Origin: an uncultured Muribaculaceae bacterium
Lineage (GTDB): Bacteria > Bacteroidota > Bacteroidia > Bacteroidales > Muribaculaceae
DNA length: 64,000 nt
Direction of reading: 5' to 3'
Assembly (NCBI GenBank): GCA_910583795.1
Contig: CAJTZQ010000006.1
Location: 4,011-68,010, forward strand
The notes under the pieces are model-generated. The model saw nothing but the letters and a program-made list of their open reading frames with translations, did no database searches and was not told where the DNA came from. How positions within the stretch are numbered: the first letter of the stretch is position 1; each line of letters opens with the position of its first letter. Position numbers and translations under genes: made by a program. Shown here piece by piece: positions 50,091-58,283 of this stretch.

Positions 50091-50531
50091 ATGTTAGAAA
50101 AGATAGAACAAATGATTTCTGATATGCTTAGAAACAACAAGACATTATCAAATCAGATTGAATTTAATCATCAAAAAGAAGAAAAACATCTTGACGAAAT
50201 TTTTCTTGATGTGATTTCCGTTCTTGATGTATTTTCCCGTGAAGAAAAAATTATTGAAGATCATGAATGGAATAAATCAGAAGACAGTCAAAAAGCAATA
50301 AAAAGACTTCTTAATGCAAAAAGGAAACTTAACACAATGTTAGAGAAGCATGACGTAAAGAAGATCTCTTTTGATGATGGCATGTCAAATGATGATCTAT
50401 GTTCGGTTACAGATACAGAACCAGATACTGAAAAGCAGAATGGTTATATTATATCAATAGAAAAAGAAGGTTATACCAGAAATGGGCATACACTTAGACG
50501 TGCAGAAGTTGTCATCGTAAAGAACGAATGA
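50091..50531 (+). CDS. GrpE-like nucleotide exchange factor
   Basis: N-terminal coiled coil; C-terminal IISIEKEGY.RNG..LRRAEVVIVK. Confidence 0.85.
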   Translation: MLEKIEQMISDMLRNNKTLSNQIEFNHQKEEKHLDEIFLDVISVLDVFSREEKIIEDHEWNKSEDSQKAIKRLLNAKRKLNTMLEKHDVKKISFDDGMSNDDLCSVTDTEPDTEKQNGYIISIEKEGYTRNGHTLRRAEVVIVKNE

Positions 50532-50698
50532 GTTCTCTATCTGATATCTTTCTGAAAAAATAATAGAATCTTCTTGATAATCCACTGATGACCAAGAAGC
50601 CTTTCTAATGACAAATTTTCATTCATTAGGCTTGGAAATTTTTACATATTAAATTATTGTAAAGCAAAAAAAATAATTTTAATAATTTATAAAACTCT

Positions 50699-50854
50699 AT
50701 GAAAATACCGGGATTAACTTTCTCTTGGAAGAGGGCTTTTGGTGTGACGCAGGTGAAGCAGCAGATTGCCCGCTCCACTGGCATACCGACCTCTCGTGCC
50801 GGTCTTGAACGCAAGATCGGCAAAGCTATCATCAAGTCAATATTCGGCAAATGA
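50699..50854 (+). CDS. Small basic hypothetical protein (51 aa)
   Basis: Not in ORF track: MKIPGLTFSWKRAFGVTQVKQQIARSTGIPTSRAGLERKIGKAIIKSIFGK; GC-richer than its AT-rich flanks. Confidence 0.7.
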   Translation: MKIPGLTFSWKRAFGVTQVKQQIARSTGIPTSRAGLERKIGKAIIKSIFGK

Positions 50855-50968
50855 TGGCGGTTCATACAATAACTCTACCGATTTATACATTGGGCGGTGA
50901 TTGTTTACCATTCACTGCTACATGGCATATATCTTTGCAAAGGAATTCCATCTTATTAATTCTGAAGA

Positions 50969-51337
50969 ATGATTAAACAAACTTTTGCTGTGGTTGCAAA
51001 TTCACTGCTCCTTATTGGCAAGAAGACAGGTTTGACTTATAATGAAGTCAATATACTTGTCTATTACTTGCTGATACCTCTGTCTTGGAGCGTGATGTTC
51101 GACTGTTGGATAGGTCTCCCCATAACCTCTGCCGCTCTTATGTGCGTCTGGATAGGAATATTCATTGCCACAAGACACACGTTTAGAGAATGGTGTGATC
51201 AGGCTTTTCAAGACTCTGTCAATTTCTTGAATTGGTTCAATCGCTGGGGTGGTAATTACGTTCTCAATTCGGTAATAATCTGTGTGTTGTTGCCGTTGTT
51301 AGTCTATGGTGTGTTAATTTGGTTACTTTTACGATAA
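50969..51337 (+). CDS. Small membrane protein
   Basis: About three TM segments; TATCTTTG element upstream. Confidence 0.7.
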   Translation: MIKQTFAVVANSLLLIGKKTGLTYNEVNILVYYLLIPLSWSVMFDCWIGLPITSAALMCVWIGIFIATRHTFREWCDQAFQDSVNFLNWFNRWGGNYVLNSVIICVLLPLLVYGVLIWLLLR

Positions 51338-51485
51338 TTGCTCTATATGAAAACAAGTTTCTATTTCTTTCTCTGGTTTATAGTCTATTATCTGATAGGG
51401 CTTACCAGGAGTCCGCTCCTCATCCAGAACGGCAGCATCCTGCAACATAAACCCCTCCCCTCTCTCAAATAAAACCCTTTCCGGA

Positions 51486-54400
51486 ATGAAAATCAAAAGA
51501 AGCGTTCCTTCCATGCTCTACAAAACAATCGCAACGGTAATGTTTATTTTAGGATGTTACTGCAGCGGTTACGCTATGCCTGTTAACAACATAGTTTATG
51601 AGGGAGAATCGCTTTCTACACGTGACAGTATCATTCAAGAGATGGTTGGATTTATCAAACCGGGAACCAAACTGACAAAAACAGAACGCAAGCATATTGA
51701 AAACCGCATTAAAAATTTCCCTCAAAAGATTTTACGACGCGACACCATTTCATATTTCATAAACACCGCCTATGCATTGTCATATTTCGAATTTTATCGT
51801 CATGATTACAAAAAAGCTAAAAAATGGCAAATTTTATTTGAAAAAAATGTAATGCTTCCGGGATGGCTCTCATATTTTTTCAGATTTTCTGCAGTCGCTT
51901 GGAATGCAAAAAATTCACTCCGAGAAAAAGGGAATTTTAAAATTAAAAAGGATAAGAACAGTTGGTACGTTCCTATCAAGATGCAATTTGCTGATTCATT
52001 AAAATTTGACCCTAAACGGACACACATTCAATTCATTGATTCATTCCTTGATGAAATGCCCATTGATTGTGCTTCCGCCACCTATCTAAAATTATTAAAA
52101 CAATTTAAAGAGGGAGAAGGACGTCTTGAATTTCTTAACGGATATTCTCGTAAAGGCTTTGTTCAGCGTTGTGTGGATGCCAATCGGAAAGACATTCTTA
52201 AAATAATATACAGTCTATGGAATGTTGATCTTAACGATTTCTATATAGGGTCGTGGGGGTATCTTGAATTCCGAAATAAAACAATTAAAGTAGATAGCGC
52301 CGCTATTTCTCAGTTAAAAGAAGGAATACTCTCTTTTAATCCCGATAATAATAGATCACAAATAGATTCTCTAATCAATAGCAAGTTAGAGGCAAATCTT
52401 AGCAGCAAGATATTACAATTAATGAACATATATTGGGTTCAATCACGCTTCAAAGATATCATTGACGCGTGCCATGTTTATGTTCCTTATGTAAATATCA
52501 ATAATCTCAGTACTCTTCACAATTTTTGGGGGCTTGCACTGACTAACCTTGGGCAATATAATGATGCGTTAATCCATTTCGATACAGCCTTATCCTTATC
52601 ATCAAGTCCAAATTCAAAATACACCACGCGCCTCAATAAGGCTTGTGCATTAGGAGAAATGGGAAAGACAAATGATGCCATCGCTATTTTTATGGAGGAA
52701 AAAAATACACAAAAAAGTGCATTTGACAAGTTCTGTTGGAATGACAACTTAGGATATGTGTATAGCTTTAAGGATCCTAATATGGCTCTATATTATTATA
52801 ACGAAGCAGAAAAATATATTGATCCAGGAACACTATACGCTGACCGAAAAGTTCGTCATTTTTGTCGGAAAGCGCGTATGCTCGAATCTGATAAACATCT
52901 TCAAAGATTGGAGATCACAAAAGCTATAAATCTTATTCCATCATGCAGCGACATTACAAAAGGAGTTGTTTATACTGAATTGGGTATATTCTATTTATCA
53001 TCATTTGATTATCGAGAAGCGGATAAGAACTTTTCAATTGCATATAACTATTTTGCCAAGCTTTCACCTGAAGATATGAGGATTTCATATCTAAATCGAC
53101 ATTATGCAACTAATCTTTGTAAACTTAATAAACCTACAGAAGCCGTTGGAATTTTAATTCGACAAGTTGAACTACAAGAATCTTTATACGGAAAAGAACA
53201 TTCTGAATATTTCAAATCGCTACGTCAACTTCTACAGATTTCATGTGAATATCTCATACCCGGAATTCCTGTTGATAGACTATATCAAGAGTTCAAACAG
53301 TTGTGTTCAAAATCAAATGAGTATTATGAAAATATAATGACAGAAATTACATATTTGTCATTCAAGAATAATAGGAAGGCAGCTCTTCTTGCCCTTAATG
53401 AAGCTCTATCCCATCCGATGAATCCTATGCAGAAACTGAATATATACCAACAATTTGAATCAGTTTTGCGAAACCAAGATAATTCCAAAAATTATGCACA
53501 AAACATTTCAACTCTTATTCCAAGAATAAAAACAGATATATACAACAGCTTGTTGCTGCTGAGCGGTGACGACCGAGGTGCAATACAGAATCCTCTTTCC
53601 AATATATTGAACGGCACCATTCTTAAACAAAATTACTATGATGCATTACAAATATCTTTGTTCAGAAAAGGATTATTGTTCACAACAAAGAAAGTAATTG
53701 AAAAAGAATTGGAACATAATATACAAACCCGAAAACGTTACCGGGATCTCACTGCCAAGCGTGAAGAACTTAATTTTTACATTTCATATAGCGATACTCT
53801 CCATATTCCCGCCTTAGCAGTGTCAGTCGATTCTCTGGAACGGGAATTAAATCGACACATGGTAAATAACAAAAAAATTTTTCGTTCGATAGACAAATCT
53901 TTATCTCAAGTATGTTCATCATTAAATCCTAACGATTTGGCTATTGAATTTGTAAAATATTCTGATAATGAGGAAAAGTATGGAGCTTTCTTAATTGATA
54001 AACATGGATTGTCTAAATTTGTAAAAATAGGCACGAGCAATGAGATCCATGATAATCCAAGTATGATTTGGAATCCTATTGTCAACCAAAGATCTAATTA
54101 TGACAATATATACTTTTGCACAGATGGAATTCTAAACAATATAGAAATTGAATCCTTACCTTTTCCTGATGACATGCCAATATTTATGAAGTACAATCTT
54201 CACAGGGTGTTTCATCTGGCTGACATAAAACCGGATGGAGGAATCGGTAAGAATGTAGTGGCTGTCGGTGTCTCCGACCATAATTCCCCCATCGGTGAAG
54301 GGGAGACCATGGATCGGGGAAACTGGACTGACCTCCCCGAAGTGAAGTATGAACTTGAACTGATAAAAAGCAGATTGCCGGAGCAATCCACCACGATTAT

Positions 54401-54980
54401 CTTCAATGACGACGCAAGAGAAAAATCTATTAAAGATTTAAGCAACAGCAATGTATCGACTCTTCATTTCTCAACCCACGGCTTCTATCGCAATTCCGAT
54501 TCTTTAATCGAGGCTGCTTCCGATTCTCTGAATTTCGACTTCAATATAGCGCGCAGGGCGTTGTCAGCCAAGAAAACAGACCTGTCAGGACTCGTTCTCC
54601 GTCAAGGCAACATCTCTTGGAAAGCACCCCAGATTTTGGATGAGGAAGACGACCTCCTGACAAGTGATGAGATTGAGACAATGAATTTCCCTGATCTTAA
54701 TCTGACCGTGCTTTCCGCTTGCGACACAGGCTTGGGCAGTATCGACAGCGATGGTGTATGGGGTCTGCAGAGGGCGTTCCGCATTGCCGGCAGCAAGTCT
54801 ATTATATGCACTCTCAATAAGGTGAATGATTATTGGACATCACAGTTTATGGATCTGTTTTATGAACATGCTGCAAAAGGGGGATCTATTTACGATTCTT
54901 TTCAATATGCTCAGAAATCTCTCTACAAATCTGAACCTGATTCTACGGAAATTTGGTCATCTTTTATTTTGATAGAATGA
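51486..54980 (+). CDS. TPR + CHAT (caspase-like) protease, probably exported
   Basis: Signal-like N-terminus (start possibly 51513), TPR helices, LHFSTHGF and VLSACDTG dyad, terminal WSSFILIE. Confidence 0.9.
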   Translation: MKIKRSVPSMLYKTIATVMFILGCYCSGYAMPVNNIVYEGESLSTRDSIIQEMVGFIKPGTKLTKTERKHIENRIKNFPQKILRRDTISYFINTAYALSYFEFYRHDYKKAKKWQILFEKNVMLPGWLSYFFRFSAVAWNAKNSLREKGNFKIKKDKNSWYVPIKMQFADSLKFDPKRTHIQFIDSFLDEMPIDCASATYLKLLKQFKEGEGRLEFLNGYSRKGFVQRCVDANRKDILKIIYSLWNVDLNDFYIGSWGYLEFRNKTIKVDSAAISQLKEGILSFNPDNNRSQIDSLINSKLEANLSSKILQLMNIYWVQSRFKDIIDACHVYVPYVNINNLSTLHNFWGLALTNLGQYNDALIHFDTALSLSSSPNSKYTTRLNKACALGEMGKTNDAIAIFMEEKNTQKSAFDKFCWNDNLGYVYSFKDPNMALYYYNEAEKYIDPGTLYADRKVRHFCRKARMLESDKHLQRLEITKAINLIPSCSDITKGVVYTELGIFYLSSFDYREADKNFSIAYNYFAKLSPEDMRISYLNRHYATNLCKLNKPTEAVGILIRQVELQESLYGKEHSEYFKSLRQLLQISCEYLIPGIPVDRLYQEFKQLCSKSNEYYENIMTEITYLSFKNNRKAALLALNEALSHPMNPMQKLNIYQQFESVLRNQDNSKNYAQNISTLIPRIKTDIYNSLLLLSGDDRGAIQNPLSNILNGTILKQNYYDALQISLFRKGLLFTTKKVIEKELEHNIQTRKRYRDLTAKREELNFYISYSDTLHIPALAVSVDSLERELNRHMVNNKKIFRSIDKSLSQVCSSLNPNDLAIEFVKYSDNEEKYGAFLIDKHGLSKFVKIGTSNEIHDNPSMIWNPIVNQRSNYDNIYFCTDGILNNIEIESLPFPDDMPIFMKYNLHRVFHLADIKPDGGIGKNVVAVGVSDHNSPIGEGETMDRGNWTDLPEVKYELELIKSRLPEQSTTIIFNDDAREKSIKDLSNSNVSTLHFSTHGFYRNSDSLIEAASDSLNFDFNIARRALSAKKTDLSGLVLRQGNISWKAPQILDEEDDLLTSDEIETMNFPDLNLTVLSACDTGLGSIDSDGVWGLQRAFRIAGSKSIICTLNKVNDYWTSQFMDLFYEHAAKGGSIYDSFQYAQKSLYKSEPDSTEIWSSFILIE

Positions 54981-55864
54981 TGAAAAAGATCTTGATTTTT
55001 ATATTTGCTCTGTTTTTATCGCAGGTTTCATTACATGCCACCTGCAGGGCTTTGATTGTCGGTATCGGTAAATATGACCGTATGAAAACCGGTTGGCACC
55101 CAATTCACGGAGACAATGATGTGGAGTTACTGGTGCCCCTGCTAAAGAAGCAAGGATTTGACGATATTGTCTCTCTTGTGAACGAAAAGGCTACGAAATC
55201 AGAGATTGTCAAGCAATTGATTGCATTATCCCAACGGTGCAAGGCAGGTGACAAGGTTTATTTCCATTTTTCGGGACATGGACAACCGATCCGCGACGAC
55301 AATGGCGACGAAAAGGGAACGAAGAAATTTGATGAATCTATAATTCCCTATGATGCATGCCGCGACAGCCGGAAGATGAACGGAACCTACATTGGTCAAT
55401 TCCATCTCGTTGATGACGAGCTTACTCCTTTGCTTGATGCAATCAAAAAGAAACTTGGCAGTGGCGGAATACTGTTTGTGGCTGTAGACGCATGTTATAG
55501 CCGAGGGATACAAAAGGATGAAATGACGGATTTTGACCCTGTGTTACTCCGTTATGCGAGAGGTACGGATCATACGTTTGTTCCGACGGGTAGAAAATCT
55601 TTCGTTTCAGGATTACCAAAGCCGAAGGAATTCTCTCCAGGCGCGAAACTGGTGGTGGTCACAGCATGCCGGGAAAATGAAAGGAATTTTGAATATAAGG
55701 CTCCGGGCAATAAAATGTATGGATCACTCTCCTACTATATCAGCACGTTGCTCAAAGATAGTGTCGATTTTGACCGTTGGGCAACTTCTTTTCAAGAGAA
55801 GCGATATACCGGCAAGAGGATTTTCCAACCCATACAGCATCCTTCAATCGAAATTCACGAATAA
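54977..55864 (+). CDS. Caspase-family (peptidase C14) protein with signal peptide
   Basis: RALIVGIGKY, FHFSGHG, DACYS; ATGA overlap with upstream CHAT gene. Confidence 0.9.
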   Translation: MMKKILIFIFALFLSQVSLHATCRALIVGIGKYDRMKTGWHPIHGDNDVELLVPLLKKQGFDDIVSLVNEKATKSEIVKQLIALSQRCKAGDKVYFHFSGHGQPIRDDNGDEKGTKKFDESIIPYDACRDSRKMNGTYIGQFHLVDDELTPLLDAIKKKLGSGGILFVAVDACYSRGIQKDEMTDFDPVLLRYARGTDHTFVPTGRKSFVSGLPKPKEFSPGAKLVVVTACRENERNFEYKAPGNKMYGSLSYYISTLLKDSVDFDRWATSFQEKRYTGKRIFQPIQHPSIEIHE

Positions 55865-55974
55865 AAAAATCTTTTTTATTTAGTTTCGCAAACCCACTTA
55901 GATATTGAGGACTAATGGGTTAAAGAATTAGAGTTATAGATAATATCCATGGAAGCCTGATATCTTCCCTCGAC

Positions 55975-56115
55975 TGGAGATTAACCTTTTAACCTTATAA
56001 CCCCATAACCCTCAACTTTTGCTTGCGAGAGTTGAATTTTTACCTTTTTCAACTTTCGGTATAATTAATCAAAGAAACTTATAACAACTCAACTTTCGTT
56101 TGTGAGGGTTGAATT
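55975..56115 (+). repeat. Two REP-like units of the TAACCC + TCAACTTT..AGTTGAAT family
   Basis: Hairpins at 56012-56035 and 56089-56112. Confidence 0.75.
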
Positions 56116-56129
56116 TGGCATACTGAAAT

Positions 56130-56663
56130 ATGAGACTTTACAAAAAATTACTGATATGTGCGGCAGCTGTGATGGCTTTGGGGTATCTAATACCCTATTC
56201 CTTCCGAAATCCTGTTGAAGGTGCTACCCGCAACGACTACAATCAGGAATCTTTCTGGTATTATCCTTGGGGTACTTCAATCACTCACAAGGGTGTGGAT
56301 ATTTTTAAAAGCAAGAACACTCCCATACATCCGGCTTCAGGTGTGGAATGGGTGCTGTATGCAGGACACATGCCGGGCAAAGGGGGGAATGTCGTTGTCT
56401 CTCTTGCCCCCAAGTGGAGACTTCATTATTATGCACACATGGATAAGGTGTCGGCTATTCCATTGTCGGTTGTAACGCACGGATCCACCCTCGGGACAGT
56501 GGGAAATTCCGGAAATGCAGCCAACACTCCCTCTCATCTGCATTTCGGTATAGGCTCATTGATTCTTAATCCATTTCGAATCGATGACACTCCTGATGGT
56601 TTATTCAAGGCATTCTATATGAACCCCACTCCTTACCTCAACACTTATCATACCCCCCAATGA
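56130..56663 (+). CDS. M23-family metallopeptidase
   Basis: HKGVD and HLHF motifs, YYAHM, VGNSGNA. Confidence 0.9.
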   Translation: MRLYKKLLICAAAVMALGYLIPYSFRNPVEGATRNDYNQESFWYYPWGTSITHKGVDIFKSKNTPIHPASGVEWVLYAGHMPGKGGNVVVSLAPKWRLHYYAHMDKVSAIPLSVVTHGSTLGTVGNSGNAANTPSHLHFGIGSLILNPFRIDDTPDGLFKAFYMNPTPYLNTYHTPQ

Positions 56664-56682
56664 CAATTAAATTAATAATATT

Positions 56683-57303
56683 ATGGCAAAATATTTTCCT
56701 ATAACAACAATTCTTCTGATTCTCCTTGTCTCGTGTTCTCCCAAACCTAAGACGGAGTCTCCCCGGAATCAGTCTGACACTGATCTTCCGGAGGTGTATC
56801 AAAACGGTTTCTTCTCTATACGTTATCCTGATACTTATCAAGCGTATGCAAATTTCAGAGGGGAAACATATACTTTGGATGAACTTAATGAAATGGGGGA
56901 AGAAGCTATGAATAAATTGGAAATGAACGAAGTGTCGATCATGCCTAAGCATCATAACAGCTATTGGATTTCTCCTGAAGTGTACATAGTGTTGTCGCGT
57001 CATAAAATGGATCTACCATTACGTACGTTTATGGATTTGTCGATAGAAACACGTAATTATACAAATGAGGAAGATATGGAATGTCTCGGATATAGCGACG
57101 TCGACAGCATATCATTTGCCGGGCATCCCGCACTTGAGACTAATTTCTATTATCTTGCAGAAAATGGCGACACCCTGGTACAAAATCAGAAAATCGTAAT
57201 GAAGCCGGATTTTTCTCTCTACTACGTCAACATCAAGTACAATTCACGGACATCTCCCGAAACGGGTGAAAAGATCGTTTCCACATTCCAGTTCAAGGAT
57301 TGA
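56683..57303 (+). CDS. Hypothetical lipoprotein
   Basis: LLVSC lipobox; FSIRYP.. and terminal STFQF suggest a PsbP-like fold (weak). Confidence 0.65.
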   Translation: MAKYFPITTILLILLVSCSPKPKTESPRNQSDTDLPEVYQNGFFSIRYPDTYQAYANFRGETYTLDELNEMGEEAMNKLEMNEVSIMPKHHNSYWISPEVYIVLSRHKMDLPLRTFMDLSIETRNYTNEEDMECLGYSDVDSISFAGHPALETNFYYLAENGDTLVQNQKIVMKPDFSLYYVNIKYNSRTSPETGEKIVSTFQFKD

Positions 57304-57386
57304 TCTTTACCCCTTTATTCACACTTACAAAATTTTGTAATGTAAAGGAATAGATTGTATCTTTGTATTAGAATTTGGATGTATCT

Positions 57387-58283
57387 ATGCCGTTGATAAG
57401 AATCATATTTGTCTTGGGGTTGCTGATCTTTTCGGCAACCCCGGAACTGTGTTCCGCAGGGAGGGCTCTTCTTATCGGGATCGGCGATTATGATACCGAC
57501 CGGACAGGGTGGCGCAGGATCCATGGCGACGACGACGTGACGCTGCTCGCCCCTTTGTTGAAAGAGAACGTCTACACGGTCAGCAGCCTTACAAATAGCT
57601 ATGCCACCAAGAAGAATATCGTCGCGGCAATCAAAAAATTAGCTAACGAATGCCGAGCCGGAGATCATGTCTATCTACATTTTTCATGCCACGGGCAACC
57701 GGTGAGAGACTGCAACGGCGATGAATCAAGGGAATATGACGAGGCGATAGCTCCATACGATGCTCTGAAATCTGAAGGATATGCCGCAGGCAACAGTAAA
57801 TATCGGGGCGAGAACCATCTTATAGATGATGAGATCGCCCCCCTGCTCGACAACATCAGCCGAAAAATCGGAAAGACAGGAATCCTCTTCGTGGCATTCG
57901 ACGCCTGCTATAGCCGGGGCTTGGAGAAGGGGGACAATGATTTCCCCGAAGATTTCGATGTGGACGAGCTTCCCGACTTTATGCGGGGTACAGCCGACTT
58001 TTTCTCCCCTACTGACAAAACATATCTGCAATCCATCAAACCGCCTCAGAAATTCAGTGGAGGGTCTCCGATTGCAATAGTGAGTGCATGCCGAGAAAAC
58101 GAACGGAATTTCGAACTCCGTGTAGGCAACCGCCATTACGGTTCACTGTCCTACTGCATATCTAAGCTGCTGCTCAAAAATGCCGATTTACAAAAATGGA
58201 TAAATTATTTTAAATCCGGTTCATACAAAACATCGGGATGTTTCCTTAAGATCCAGCATCCCACAATAACCTTATACCAATGA
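57387..58283 (+). CDS. Second caspase-family (peptidase C14) protein with signal peptide
   Basis: RALLIGIGDY, LHFSCHG, DACYS; paralogous to 54977..55864. Confidence 0.9.
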   Translation: MPLIRIIFVLGLLIFSATPELCSAGRALLIGIGDYDTDRTGWRRIHGDDDVTLLAPLLKENVYTVSSLTNSYATKKNIVAAIKKLANECRAGDHVYLHFSCHGQPVRDCNGDESREYDEAIAPYDALKSEGYAAGNSKYRGENHLIDDEIAPLLDNISRKIGKTGILFVAFDACYSRGLEKGDNDFPEDFDVDELPDFMRGTADFFSPTDKTYLQSIKPPQKFSGGSPIAIVSACRENERNFELRVGNRHYGSLSYCISKLLLKNADLQKWINYFKSGSYKTSGCFLKIQHPTITLYQ

